From assembly GCA_900769405.1 (NCBI GenBank), contig CAAGGL010000024.1:31749-95748 (forward strand): DNA of 64,000 bases, written 5' to 3'. A program made the position numbers and the translations under genes. Below the pieces are notes generated by a model. It saw only the letters and a list, made by a program, of their open reading frames with translations, was not told where the DNA came from and made no database searches. The stretch is from an uncultured Alistipes sp. (GTDB taxonomy: Bacteria > Bacteroidota > Bacteroidia > Bacteroidales > Rikenellaceae). Below are positions 1 through 10,083 of this stretch, piece after piece (position 1 is the first letter of the stretch; the number at the start of each line of letters is the position of its first letter).

Positions 1-1
1 C

Positions 2-457
2 AAGCCGAAGGAGTGTGTATTCTACGCTCCGAGCGGTTACAACGCTTATGGTAAGAATATGAAGCGTCTGGATTCGTGCGGTGGTCTGATGGCATCGACC
101 GATGACTTGGTTCGTATGTGCTCGGCTATCGACGGTTTTGACGGCTATCCCGAGATCTTCCCGCAGTCAACTTTGGATCGTATGTTCACCCCCTCAGCAG
201 CGTATAATCGTTACGGTCTGGGTTGGCGTATGAACCACTCGTCGTTGCTGCCCGGCTGTATGTATCACACGGGTAATATCGCAGGTACCGCATCGTTGAT
301 GATTCGCGGTGGCGACGGTCACCACATCGCATTGGTGAACAACTCGCGTACCTACAACGACTATAATGGTACAAGCCTCGATACCGCTCAGATCATCTTG
401 GGCGATGAGTTGTGGGACTTCCGCTCACTGCCGACCGAGGATCTGTTCGACAAGTAG
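2..457 (+). CDS. beta-lactamase-family serine hydrolase, C-terminal fragment (5' end lies outside window)
   Basis: Open frame runs from window edge to stop at 455-457; C-terminal LGWR...YHTGNIAGTAS motif region typical of class C beta-lactamase/esterase family. Confidence 0.55.
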   Translation, partial: KPKECVFYAPSGYNAYGKNMKRLDSCGGLMASTDDLVRMCSAIDGFDGYPEIFPQSTLDRMFTPSAAYNRYGLGWRMNHSSLLPGCMYHTGNIAGTASLMIRGGDGHHIALVNNSRTYNDYNGTSLDTAQIILGDELWDFRSLPTEDLFDK

Positions 458-482
458 TCCGACGGTTAGGTGTATAACAAAA

Positions 483-514
483 GGCGTAACGCACAATCGC
501 GTTACGCCTTTTTT
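483..514. terminator. bidirectional rho-independent terminator between convergent genes
   Basis: GGCGTAACGC-acaatc-GCGTTACGCC perfect 10-bp stem followed by TTTTTT, flanked by A-run on the other side. Confidence 0.8.
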
Positions 515-533
515 ATGTTTGAGAATTGGGTTT

Positions 534-1751
534 TTATCGCAACATACGCGCCGCACGACGTACACCCTCGACCAGACGGTCAATCTCCTCGCGGGTATTG
601 TAGAGCGCAAACGATGCGCGACACATACCCGTCACACCGTAGTGTTTCATCACGGGCTCGGCGCAGTGCTGTCCCGTGCGGATAGCAATGCCCAGCTTGT
701 CGAGAATCATACCAACGTCATAGTGATGTGCGCCCTCGATGTTGAACGAGCAGATTGCGCACTTCGCGTCAGCCTCGCCATAGATTCGCAGTCCGTCGAT
801 CGAGCGGAGTGATGCAGTAGCATAGTCGAGCAGATCGCGCTCGTGAACTGCAACTACCGCCGAATCAAGCGATTGTAGCCACTTGATCGCGCGCGCCAAA
901 CCAATCGCACCTATAAAATTAGCCGTACCTGCCTCGAATTTGAGGGGCAGCGGAGCGAATGTCGTGCGCTCGAACGAAACGCGATCGACCATATCTCCGC
1001 CACTCATATACGGGGGCATTGCATCGAGCAACTGCTCCTTGCCGTAGAGTACGCCAATGCCCGTCGGACCGTAGAGTTTGTGTCCCGAGAATGCATAGAA
1101 ATCGCAATCCAACGCCTGCACATCGACACCTCCGTGCACCACGCCCTGACAACCATCAACCATCACAACTGCACCTGCCGAGTGCGCCGCATCGATCACA
1201 CGACGCAGATCGGGCATAGTGCCCAATGTGTTCGACGCCTGAGTGATAGCAACCAACTTAGTGCGTTCGTCGAGCAACTCGCCCAGACGCTCATAGCAGA
1301 CCTCGCCACGGTCGTCGAAAGGCAGAACGCGCAACTGTGCACCACGTCGCTGGGCAGCCAACTGCCACGGCACGATGTTCGAGTGGTGCTCCATCTCGCT
1401 GACCACAATGTTGTCGCCCTCGTGCAGGAACTTCTCGCTCCACGCCTGTGCCACGAGGTTGATCGAGGCCGTCGCACCCGCCGTAAAGACGATCTCGGTG
1501 CGCGACTCGGCGCCGATAAACGCACGCACGCGCTCGCGAGCCTGCTCATAGAGGTCGGTGGTCTGCTCCGAGAGGAAGTGAACGCCACGATGAATATTGG
1601 CATTCAACTCACGATGCAGACGGTCGATTTCGTCGATCACGCACAGCGGTTTTTGCGCCGTCGCGCCGCTATCCAGATAGACGAGCGGGCGGCCGTGCAC
1701 CTCGCGTGCAAGGATCGGAAACTCTTCGCGTATGGCTTTCAGGTCAAACAT
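534..1751 (-). CDS. sufS: cysteine desulfurase SufS (PLP-dependent)
   Basis: 405 aa; class V aminotransferase motifs incl. SGHK PLP-lysine region and C-terminal RTGQHCA catalytic Cys loop; last gene of sufBCDS cluster. Confidence 0.9.
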   Translation of the reverse strand: MFDLKAIREEFPILAREVHGRPLVYLDSGATAQKPLCVIDEIDRLHRELNANIHRGVHFLSEQTTDLYEQARERVRAFIGAESRTEIVFTAGATASINLVAQAWSEKFLHEGDNIVVSEMEHHSNIVPWQLAAQRRGAQLRVLPFDDRGEVCYERLGELLDERTKLVAITQASNTLGTMPDLRRVIDAAHSAGAVVMVDGCQGVVHGGVDVQALDCDFYAFSGHKLYGPTGIGVLYGKEQLLDAMPPYMSGGDMVDRVSFERTTFAPLPLKFEAGTANFIGAIGLARAIKWLQSLDSAVVAVHERDLLDYATASLRSIDGLRIYGEADAKCAICSFNIEGAHHYDVGMILDKLGIAIRTGQHCAEPVMKHYGVTGMCRASFALYNTREEIDRLVEGVRRAARMLR

Positions 1752-1754
1752 ATA

Positions 1755-3050
1755 TTACATTTTCTCCAATTTCTTGGCTGTCAATTCGCTGATATAGCGA
1801 CACATATTCGGGCAACCGCAGTGCTGCACCACGTCGTAAGCAAATCCCTCGATCTGCAAACGGCGCGCCTGCTGCTCGCTCAATCCGCGCTGACGCATAT
1901 AGTAGATCGCCTCGTCGTCCAGCTGACCGACCGTTGCTCCGTGCGTACACTTCACATCGTCGGCATAGATCTCCAACTGCGGCTGAGTGAAGATTCGAGC
2001 CGTATCGCTCAGCAAGAGGTTGCGACTCTGCTGCTGGGCGTCGGTGTGCTGCGCGTCTTGCGCAACATAGACCATACCCGCAAACGAACCCATCGCCGTG
2101 CCAGATGCAACGCCCTTGACGAGCGAGTAGCTGCGGCAGTCGGGCGCGAGGTGACGTGCGGCCATATTGATGTCGCAATGTTCCTCGCCACTGCAAAGGT
2201 ACAACGCCCAAACGTCGCTCACGGCCTCAGGCTCGGTCAGCGCGGTGTTGTAAGCGGCGCGTACATATCCGTCGCCCGTCTTGCAGCACATCGTCGCGCA
2301 GTGGCTCTTACCCGTCTGGGTGATATAGTTATTATTTACGATCGAACAATTCTGCTGTAAATCATAGAGTTCGGTAATCTGAATGTCGGCCGCCTCGCCA
2401 ACGATCGCCTCGCGTGTGAAACCAACCACGATGCGACCTGTACCCTCCGAGCGGTGGGTGACGATCACCTCGCCGTGAGCGCTCTCTTCGGCCACAACCA
2501 ACGCCTGCGCAAAGCACATCTCGGCCTCGCCGTCGGTATGGTAGGCACTGTCGATCACAATCGGCGACTGCATCTCCACACCCGCAGGCAGGTAGATGAA
2601 AGCGCCGTCTTGTACAAACATTCTTGTCAAGGCGGTCGGTGCATCGCTCATATCGGCTGCCGAGTCGAGCCACTTCTCGACCATCGCGCCATACTCTGAC
2701 GAGCAAGCCGCCGCGCGCAACGAGCCATAGACAGCGCCCTCGGCACTCACCTTCAACGCCTCGGTCGCCGCACGTCCATTGCGCAACTCAACGCGATATG
2801 CGTCAGCCTCGGGCAGCAGGGGAGTTGGGTCGGGGTGGCGTCGCGCCACGAAATACTGCTCCCATTCGCCCTCTACTAATCGCTCGATGTTGCTATGCAA
2901 GTACTGTTCCTGCTTGGCAGTGGGCAGACCTTGCAGATTGAGCGAGGCAGCGGCATCACTACGGCGGGCATTGAACCACACGGGCAGTCCCTCGCCGATG
3001 ATGTCGATGTTCGACAGATAGTTATCGAGTAAATTCTGTTTTGTTGGCAT
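1755..3050 (-). CDS. sufD: Fe-S cluster assembly protein SufD
   Basis: 431 aa, SufB/SufD beta-helix family, positioned between sufC and sufS. Confidence 0.85.
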   Translation of the reverse strand: MPTKQNLLDNYLSNIDIIGEGLPVWFNARRSDAAASLNLQGLPTAKQEQYLHSNIERLVEGEWEQYFVARRHPDPTPLLPEADAYRVELRNGRAATEALKVSAEGAVYGSLRAAACSSEYGAMVEKWLDSAADMSDAPTALTRMFVQDGAFIYLPAGVEMQSPIVIDSAYHTDGEAEMCFAQALVVAEESAHGEVIVTHRSEGTGRIVVGFTREAIVGEAADIQITELYDLQQNCSIVNNNYITQTGKSHCATMCCKTGDGYVRAAYNTALTEPEAVSDVWALYLCSGEEHCDINMAARHLAPDCRSYSLVKGVASGTAMGSFAGMVYVAQDAQHTDAQQQSRNLLLSDTARIFTQPQLEIYADDVKCTHGATVGQLDDEAIYYMRQRGLSEQQARRLQIEGFAYDVVQHCGCPNMCRYISELTAKKLEKM

Positions 3051-3061
3051 ACTCGCGCGAC

Positions 3062-3811
3062 TTATTGGTAATCGTTAATGAGCCAGTCGTAACCCTCGGC
3101 TTCGAGCTTCAAAGCCAGCGACTTATCGCCCGTGTGAATGATTCGACCCTTGTACAGAACGTGTACGAAATCGGGCACGATGTAATCCAACAGACGCTGA
3201 TAGTGGGTGATCACGACGGTCGCATTTTCGGGTGTATGGAGCTTGGTCACACCCGTCGCCACGATGCGCAGTGCGTCGATATCCAGACCCGAGTCGGTCT
3301 CGTCCAGAATAGCCAATTTCGGATCGAGCATCGCCATCTGGAAGATCTCGTTCTTCTTCTTCTCACCGCCCGAGAAACCCTCGTTCACCGAGCGACTTGT
3401 GAGCTTCGAGCTGAGCTCCACAACGGCGCTCTTCTCGCGCATCAATTTGAGGAACTCGCCCGCTGTCAGGGGGTCGAGACCACGGTGTTTGCGCTGCTCG
3501 TTCACGGCCATCTTCATAAAGTTCGACATCGTAACGCCCGGAATCTCAACCGGATACTGAAAACCAAGGAACAAACCCTCGCGAGCGCGCTCTTCGATCG
3601 ACATCTCCAAAAGGTTCTGTCCGCAGAAAGTCACCTCGCCTTCGGTCACTTCGAACTTCTCGTTACCCGCCAATACCGATGCCAACGTACTCTTACCCGA
3701 GCCGTTGGGACCCATAATGGCGTGCACTTCGCCTGCACGAACTTCGAGGTTGATACCTCGTAATATCTCCTTGCCGCCTACGTTGGCGTGCAAATTCTTA
3801 ACGCTTAACAT
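3062..3811 (-). CDS. sufC: Fe-S cluster assembly ATPase SufC
   Basis: 249 aa ABC ATPase, Walker A GPNGSGKST, signature LSGGEKK, Walker B ILDETDSGLD. Confidence 0.92.
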   Translation of the reverse strand: MLSVKNLHANVGGKEILRGINLEVRAGEVHAIMGPNGSGKSTLASVLAGNEKFEVTEGEVTFCGQNLLEMSIEERAREGLFLGFQYPVEIPGVTMSNFMKMAVNEQRKHRGLDPLTAGEFLKLMREKSAVVELSSKLTSRSVNEGFSGGEKKKNEIFQMAMLDPKLAILDETDSGLDIDALRIVATGVTKLHTPENATVVITHYQRLLDYIVPDFVHVLYKGRIIHTGDKSLALKLEAEGYDWLINDYQ

Positions 3812-3827
3812 ATATTGTATCTATTTT

Positions 3828-5270
3828 TTATCCTACACTACCTTCGAGGCTGATAGCCAGTAGCTTCTGCGCCTCTACGGCAAACTCCATCGGCAACTTG
3901 CTCAATACCTCTTTTGCATAACCATTGACGATCAGACCCACGGCATCTTCGGTCGAAAGACCTCGCTGATTGCAGTAGAAGAGCTGCTCCTCGGAGATCT
4001 TCGAGGTGGTTGCCTCGTGCTCGACTACCGCCGACGGATTCTGCACGTCCATATAAGGGAATGTGTGTGCGCCACACTTGTCGCCAATCAGTAGCGAGTC
4101 GCACTGCGAGTAGTTGCGAGCGTTCTCGGCGCCCTTCGCCACACGCACCAGACCGCGATAGCTGTTCTGGCTGCGACCTGCCGAGATACCCTTCGACACG
4201 ATGCGCGAGCGGGTGTTGCGACCGATGTGAATCATCTTCGTACCCGTGTCGGCCTGCTGGAAGTTGTTGGTCATCGCCACCGAGTAGAACTCCGCCACGC
4301 TGTTGTCGCCCGCGAGAATACAACTCGGATATTTCCAGGTGATTGCCGAGCCCGTTTCGACCTGCGTCCACGACAGACGAGCATTGTCGCCTTTGCAGAT
4401 ACCGCGCTTGGTCACGAAGTTGTAAATACCGCCTTTGCCCTCCTTGTCGCCTGGGTACCAATTCTGTACGGTCGAATATTTCACTTCGGCATCTTTCAGC
4501 ACCACGATCTCCACAACGGCAGCGTGCAACTGATTCTCGTCGCGCTGAGGTGCGGTGCAACCTTCGAGGTAGCTCACATACGACCCTTCATCAGCCACGA
4601 TCAACGTACGCTCGAACTGACCCGTTCCCGCCGCATTGATACGGAAATAGGTACTCAGCTCCATCGGGCAACGCACGCCCTTGGGGATGTAGCAGAACGA
4701 ACCGTCCGAGAATACCGCCGCATTGAGCGCCGTGAAGAAGTTGTCGGCGTAGGGCACCACGCTACCCAGGTACTTGCGCACCAATTCGGGGTAGTCGCGT
4801 ACCGCTTCGCTGATCGAGCAGAAGATGATGCCCTTCTCGGCCAGCACCTCCTTGAAGGTAGTCTTGACCGACACCGAGTCCATCACCGCATCGACCGCCA
4901 CGCCCGACAGTGCCATCTGCTCTTCGAGCGGAATACCCAGCTTGTCGAACGTACGACGCAACTCGGGATCGACTTCGTCCATCGAGTTGAGTTTGGGTTT
5001 TGTGCGCGGTGCGGCGTAGTAGATTATATCTTGGTAATCGATTTCGGGAATATCGAGGTGAGCCCACGTCGGCATAGTCATCGTGAGCCAATGGTTGTAG
5101 GCTTTCAGGCGATAAGCCGTAAGCCACTCAGGTTCACCCTTTTTCTGCGAGATCAGTCGCACGACATCTTCGTTCAGACCGCGCGGAATAGTTTCGGTCT
5201 CGATGTCGGTGGTGAATCCGTATTTGTATTCGTTGCCGAGGTCGGCAATTATCTTATCTCTTTCTTCCAT
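3828..5270 (-). CDS. sufB: Fe-S cluster assembly scaffold SufB
   Basis: 480 aa, strongly conserved SufB sequence, first gene of the cluster. Confidence 0.92.
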   Translation of the reverse strand: MEERDKIIADLGNEYKYGFTTDIETETIPRGLNEDVVRLISQKKGEPEWLTAYRLKAYNHWLTMTMPTWAHLDIPEIDYQDIIYYAAPRTKPKLNSMDEVDPELRRTFDKLGIPLEEQMALSGVAVDAVMDSVSVKTTFKEVLAEKGIIFCSISEAVRDYPELVRKYLGSVVPYADNFFTALNAAVFSDGSFCYIPKGVRCPMELSTYFRINAAGTGQFERTLIVADEGSYVSYLEGCTAPQRDENQLHAAVVEIVVLKDAEVKYSTVQNWYPGDKEGKGGIYNFVTKRGICKGDNARLSWTQVETGSAITWKYPSCILAGDNSVAEFYSVAMTNNFQQADTGTKMIHIGRNTRSRIVSKGISAGRSQNSYRGLVRVAKGAENARNYSQCDSLLIGDKCGAHTFPYMDVQNPSAVVEHEATTSKISEEQLFYCNQRGLSTEDAVGLIVNGYAKEVLSKLPMEFAVEAQKLLAISLEGSVG

Positions 5271-5426
5271 TTATATGCTCGTTGTAATCTACAAAGATAT
5301 AAAATTGCTCTCAAAACTACAAATTTTGCGCCCTCTTTCCGCACTATATGAAAATATTGAGCCGCGATGCTACGTCGTCCGCTCGAAAAAACATATCTTT
5401 GTACTGCTGAAAATCTGTATCGAGTT

Positions 5427-5891
5427 ATGGCATTGGAGATTGAACGTAAATTTTTGGTCGCGGGCGACTATAAGTCGTCGGCCACGTCGTGCGAACGAAT
5501 CGCGCAGGGTTATCTCGCTTCGGGCGCAGGCTGCACCGTTCGTGTTCGCGTGCGTGGTGATCGCGGCTACCTGACCATCAAAGGCCCCAGTGCCGATGGT
5601 GTCAGCCGCAGCGAATGGGAATACGAGGTACCTGCACGCGAGGTACTCGAAATGCTCACGCTGTGCCGTAGTGGCGTGATTGATAAGTGTCGCTATTTGG
5701 TGCCATTCGAGGGTCATACCTTCGAAGTTGATGAGTTCTATGGCGACAACGAGGGGCTGACCGTTGCCGAGGTCGAACTCTCATCGGTCGATGAACAATT
5801 TGCCCGTCCCGCGTGGCTGGGTGAGGAGGTTACGGGCGATCCGCGCTATTATAATTCGAGCCTTGCCCGCAATCCATTCTGTAAGTGGTAA
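5427..5891 (+). CDS. CYTH-domain protein (CyaB/thiamine-triphosphatase-like triphosphate tunnel metalloenzyme)
   Basis: N-terminal EIERKFLV signature of CYTH domain; start chosen at MALEIERKF (ORF extends upstream to 5367). Confidence 0.75.
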   Translation: MALEIERKFLVAGDYKSSATSCERIAQGYLASGAGCTVRVRVRGDRGYLTIKGPSADGVSRSEWEYEVPAREVLEMLTLCRSGVIDKCRYLVPFEGHTFEVDEFYGDNEGLTVAEVELSSVDEQFARPAWLGEEVTGDPRYYNSSLARNPFCKW

Positions 5892-5910
5892 AGCGGCGCA
5901 CCGCCAAATA

Positions 5911-5947
5911 AAAAATCCCGACCTCACTGCGAGGTCGGGATTTTCTT
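5911..5947. terminator. bidirectional rho-independent terminator
   Basis: A6-CCCGACCTC-actgc-GAGGTCGGG-TTTTCTT between convergent CYTH gene and fba. Confidence 0.8.
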
Positions 5948-5968
5948 ATCAATGCTTATCGCTCTGAA

Positions 5969-6964
5969 TTACTTAACCTTACCAGCCGAACCCAGAACGT
6001 TCTCGCACTTGTGCATATAGAGCTTCTTCAACTCGTCGCGAGCGGGACCCAAGTACTTGCGGGGGTCGAACTCAGCCGGGTTGTCAACGAAGATCTTGCG
6101 TACAGCAGCGGTCATAGCCAAACGGCCGTCCGAGTCGATGTTGATCTTGCAAACAGCGCTCTTAGCAGCCTTGCGGAGCTGCTCCTCGGGAATACCTACT
6201 GCGTCCTTCAAAGCACCACCGTGAGTGTTGATGATCTTGACGTACTCCTGGGGAACCGACGACGAACCGTGCAGAACGATGGGGAAGCCGGGCAGTTGCT
6301 TCTCGATCTCCTCCAAGATGTCGAAACGCAGTTCGGGCGGAACGAGGATACCATCTTCGTTGCGGGTGCACTGCTCGGGCTTGAACTTGTTAGCACCGTG
6401 CGAAGTACCGATCGAGATAGCCAACGAGTCGCAACCGGTCTTGGTAACGAAGTCAACAACCTCCTCGGGACGAGTGTAGTGAGCAACCTCCGACGAAACC
6501 TCGTCCTCTACACCTGCCAATACACCGAGCTCACCCTCTACGGTTACATCGTGCTGGTGAGCGTACTCAACCACCTTCTTAGTCAGCGCTACGTTCTCGT
6601 CGTAGGGGAGGTGGCTACCGTCGATCATAACCGACGAGAAACCCATATCGATGCAATCCTTGCAGAGCTCGAACGAGTTACCGTGGTCGAGGTGCAGAAC
6701 GATAGGAATGTTCTTGCCCAACTCCTTAGCGTACTCAACAGCACCCTGAGCCATATAGCGGAGCAGAGTCTGGTTAGCGTACTTACGCGCACCCGACGAA
6801 ACCTGCAAGATTACGGGCGAGCCGCACTCAACGCAAGCCGAGATGATAGCCTGCATCTGCTCCATATTGTTAAAGTTGAAAGCGGGGATAGCGTAACCGC
6901 CCTTGATAGCGTCAGCGAACATCTCACGGGTGTTCACCAAGCCGAGATCTTTGTAAGATACCAT
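5969..6964 (-). CDS. fba: class II fructose-bisphosphate aldolase
   Basis: 331 aa, class II FBA conserved blocks (LHLDHG, GELG). Confidence 0.9.
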   Translation of the reverse strand: MVSYKDLGLVNTREMFADAIKGGYAIPAFNFNNMEQMQAIISACVECGSPVILQVSSGARKYANQTLLRYMAQGAVEYAKELGKNIPIVLHLDHGNSFELCKDCIDMGFSSVMIDGSHLPYDENVALTKKVVEYAHQHDVTVEGELGVLAGVEDEVSSEVAHYTRPEEVVDFVTKTGCDSLAISIGTSHGANKFKPEQCTRNEDGILVPPELRFDILEEIEKQLPGFPIVLHGSSSVPQEYVKIINTHGGALKDAVGIPEEQLRKAAKSAVCKINIDSDGRLAMTAAVRKIFVDNPAEFDPRKYLGPARDELKKLYMHKCENVLGSAGKVK

Positions 6965-7071
6965 AATTTTGATAAATTGTTGTATTAAGTTATACTTGAT
7001 TTTCAGTCATTTGTTGCTGTTGCGTACGTCTTTTTGCGGCACATTCGCAAGGCAATTTATTAAAATCTTTG

Positions 7072-7079
7072 CAAAAATA
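7072..7079 (-). promoter_or_regulatory. candidate Bacteroidetes sigma-A -7 box (TAnnTTTG) upstream of fba
   Basis: reverse complement reads TATTTTTG about 110 nt upstream of fba ATG; no clear -33 TTTG. Confidence 0.2.
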
Positions 7080-7224
7080 CTAAATTTTTGAATACCGCCA
7101 TACTTTCCGACCGAAATTAATGCAATAAAAACACATTTTTTGCCACTTTCTTGTGGGCTTAGCTGTAATAAAAAAAACAACCACCCCAGTCGTGGAGTGG
7201 TTGTTTGTCTATCAGAGTTGGAGT

Positions 7225-7815
7225 TTATCGCTGACGATCGAACTCTTCGAATTCTTTGCTGGTGTATGCCGTAGCATTATCCATTCTCTGTTGCAACTCT
7301 TGATCAGGAGTAAAGCGAACCCAAACGGTGTAATATCTTCTGCAATATTTATATTTCTTAATGCACTCAATAGCATCAAAAATAGCTATTGTGTCGGTCG
7401 ATAATTTTACAATTTCGTAGTGCATATTATCGCTAAACGAAATGCGATGTGTCCAGCCATATGCACGACGGTTTTTAATGTCGAATCTTAAATCGACAAT
7501 TTTCTCAAATGTAGCATATTGCTCGATTGATTTGTTGTAGGCCTCTAAATAATTCACACAAGTATTGATATCATTTCCGATATGTTTGTATTGAACTATT
7601 TTTGAATGGTACACGGGGCTACCGTCGTTCATATCAAGATTCACTTTTGGTCTGCCATATGAATATTGATATGATGTTTCATCAATGCGCTGCCAATATG
7701 TGTTTGCAAATGTCTGCTCAATATTGATTGATTCGTCAATGTCGGGTTTTGGTAGATCGTAGTCGGTACAAGAAACGCCGAAACAGATCAATAGTAGTAT
7801 TGCTAATCTTTTCAT
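7225..7815 (-). CDS. small lipoprotein of unknown function (AT-rich orphan gene)
   Basis: Signal peptide + lipobox (LLICFGVSC) at MKRLAILLL start; gene ~38% GC in a ~57% GC background; no recognisable family. Confidence 0.55.
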   Translation of the reverse strand: MKRLAILLLICFGVSCTDYDLPKPDIDESINIEQTFANTYWQRIDETSYQYSYGRPKVNLDMNDGSPVYHSKIVQYKHIGNDINTCVNYLEAYNKSIEQYATFEKIVDLRFDIKNRRAYGWTHRISFSDNMHYEIVKLSTDTIAIFDAIECIKKYKYCRRYYTVWVRFTPDQELQQRMDNATAYTSKEFEEFDRQR

Positions 7816-8039
7816 AGTTAAATGCATTTAATCGTTAGGGTAAATATTGTTGATAATTTGTACAAGTGTATTGTAGCTATTCTCCATACTTTTATGGTTG
7901 ATTTTAATGGTTTTTGCAAATTTAGCAAAAAAAACTGATTTCTCGAAATTATTTCGTCGAGAAATAGCCCTTTGTCTAAAAATCTTTACCAATATAAAAA
8001 TATCCTCCGTAAATGTTAGTCGATTCACAATGTTTTTTG

Positions 8040-8047
8040 TATATTTG
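8040..8047 (+). promoter_or_regulatory. candidate -7 promoter box TATATTTG (TAnnTTTG consensus) upstream of fumarase gene
   Basis: exact match to Bacteroides -7 consensus ~85 nt upstream of start codon in AT-rich intergenic region. Confidence 0.3.
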
Positions 8048-8132
8048 CAGTTAGATTTGTCGCATTGTGCGGTGAATTGTGCCAAAACCGAACATTAACA
8101 AGTTAAACAAATACAAATTTCAATTAATCGCT

Positions 8133-9743
8133 ATGGCTGATTTCATCTATCAGGAGCCGTTCCCTATCGAAAACGATACGACGGAATATCGCCTCCTTAC
8201 AAAAGACTATGTGAAAGTTGTTGAGTGCGACGGTCGTCGTATTCTGAAAGTTGACCCCAAGGGCTTGGAACTCCTCGCAAAAGAGGCCTACAACGACGTT
8301 TCGTTCTATCTGCGTGCGTCGCACTTGCAGAAGTTGGCGAACATTCTCGAAGATCCCGAAGCTACCGACAACGACAAGTTTGTTGCATACACGATGTTGC
8401 TCAACCAGTGCGTAGCTGCTGAGGGTGAGCTGCCCACCTGCCAGGATACCGGTACCGCAATCTGCATCGGTAAGAAGGGTGAGGACGTTTATACCGGCGC
8501 TGACGATGCTGAGTGCATCACTCGTGGTGTTTACGAGACATACAAGGAGCGCAACCTCCGCTACTCGCAGGTTGTTCCTATGAATATGCTCGACGAGAAG
8601 AACAGCGGCACCAACCTGCCCGCACAGATCGACCTCTATGCAACTCAGGGCAACGAGTATAAGTTCTTGTTCATCACTAAGGGTGGTGGCTCGGCTAACA
8701 AGACCTTCCTCTATCAGCAGACCAAGGCTCTGCTCACCGAGGAGAACCTGACCAAGTTCGTTGCAGAGCACATCAAGGATCTGGGTACTTCGGCTTGTCC
8801 TCCCTACCACTTGGCTCTCTGCATCGGTGGTACTTCGGCTGAGACCAACCTCGCAACCGTTAAGAAGGCTTCGGCTGGTTATCTGGATCACCTGCCCACT
8901 TCGGGTAACGAGGGTGGCCGTTACTTCCGCGATTTGGAGTGGGAGCAGAAGGTGCTGGATATCTGCCAGAAGAGTGGCGTAGGTGCACAGTTCGGCGGTA
9001 AGTATCTGGTACACGACGTTCGCGTTATTCGCGGTCCTCGCCACGCTGCATCGTGCCCCGTAGGTTTGGGCGTTAGCTGCTCGGCTGACCGTAACATCAA
9101 GGCTAAGATTACCGAGGACGGTATCTTCATCGAGCAGTTGGAGAAGAACCCCGCACGTTTCTTGCCGAAGGAGGCTCCCGCAATGTCTCCCGCAGTCGAG
9201 ATCGACTTGGACGAGGGTATGGACAAGGTACGCGAGACTCTGACCAAGTATCCCATCAAGACCCGCTTGAATATCAAGGGTACGTTGATCGTAGCACGCG
9301 ATATCGCTCACGCACGCATCAAGCAGATGTTGGACGAGGGTAAGCCTATGCCCGAGTACTTCAAGAAGCACCCCGTATATTATGCAGGTCCCGCTAAGAC
9401 TCCCGCAGGTATGGCATCGGGTAGCTTCGGTCCCACCACCGCAGGTCGTATGGACTCGTACGTTGATCTGTTCCAGGATCACGGCGGCTCGATGGTGATG
9501 GTTGCTAAGGGTAACCGTTCGCAGGCAGTGACCGATGCGTGCCAGAAGCACGGTGGTTTCTACCTGGGTTCGATTGGTGGTCCCGCTGCAATTTTGGCTA
9601 AGAACAGCATCAAGAATGTTGAGGTTGTTGACTTCCCCGAGTTGGGTATGGAGGCAGTTCGCAAGATCTATGTTGAGAACTTCCCCGCATTCATCATCGT
9701 GGATGACAAGGGCAACGACTTCTTTGCTGAGTTCAAGCACTAA
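8133..9743 (+). CDS. class I fumarate hydratase (single-chain Fe-S dependent FumA/FumB type)
   Basis: ~536 aa from [11 protein letters not shown]; catalytic alpha domain plus C-terminal beta domain ([13 protein letters not shown]... [11 protein letters not shown]) characteristic of class I fumarase. Confidence 0.85.
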   Translation: MADFIYQEPFPIENDTTEYRLLTKDYVKVVECDGRRILKVDPKGLELLAKEAYNDVSFYLRASHLQKLANILEDPEATDNDKFVAYTMLLNQCVAAEGELPTCQDTGTAICIGKKGEDVYTGADDAECITRGVYETYKERNLRYSQVVPMNMLDEKNSGTNLPAQIDLYATQGNEYKFLFITKGGGSANKTFLYQQTKALLTEENLTKFVAEHIKDLGTSACPPYHLALCIGGTSAETNLATVKKASAGYLDHLPTSGNEGGRYFRDLEWEQKVLDICQKSGVGAQFGGKYLVHDVRVIRGPRHAASCPVGLGVSCSADRNIKAKITEDGIFIEQLEKNPARFLPKEAPAMSPAVEIDLDEGMDKVRETLTKYPIKTRLNIKGTLIVARDIAHARIKQMLDEGKPMPEYFKKHPVYYAGPAKTPAGMASGSFGPTTAGRMDSYVDLFQDHGGSMVMVAKGNRSQAVTDACQKHGGFYLGSIGGPAAILAKNSIKNVEVVDFPELGMEAVRKIYVENFPAFIIVDDKGNDFFAEFKH

Positions 9744-10083
9744 GAAATTGTCTGACAGGTGATTTCTGCGTTACGCTTGTGGATTAAATCCTCACATACG
9801 TCAAGTATGCTGCGGTTTAATCCGCTTCGCAAGCCTTGAAATCCCTCTGTTATACAAATTCTTGCAAAAGTGCCTAATGTGGCTCTTTTGGCGTTGCGAT
9901 TGCTTTCGCCAATCCTATAAACTGACACGAATCTCCGACGGAGGCCTCACACGCAGGCTGTCCGTCGGAGTGGTCGTGTTTTTAGGGGTGAGCGATTTTG
10001 TCGAGTGGATCGACAAAAAATGGGTGCCGTGCATACTATGTTGGTAGTTCGGCACGTTATGAGGAGAAATATAATATATAGAT

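Noticed and set aside
1080-2360. 426-aa ORF on + strand (and many similar: 8124-9740, 14378-15508, 15664-17313, 17903-19309, 19314-20783, 37687-38553, 38571-39944, 39883-41247, 41492-42838, 47352-48923, 58245-59768, 59913-63278, 6011-6988)
   Set aside because: All are antisense to genes with strong, recognisable homology (sufS/sufD, fumarase, korAB, cotH, CoA-transferase, era, ffh, C-S lyase, rluB, FISUMP lipoprotein, DUF2851, secA, fba). High GC with G/C-ending codons generates long stop-free antisense frames; their translations are low-complexity R/S/L-rich junk.
7828-8098. Short ORFs 7828-8085 (-) and 7898-8098 (+) in AT-rich DNA upstream of the fumarase gene
   Set aside because: They overlap each other in the divergent promoter region, have no signal or domain features, and are expected by chance in AT-rich non-coding DNA; treated as intergenic.
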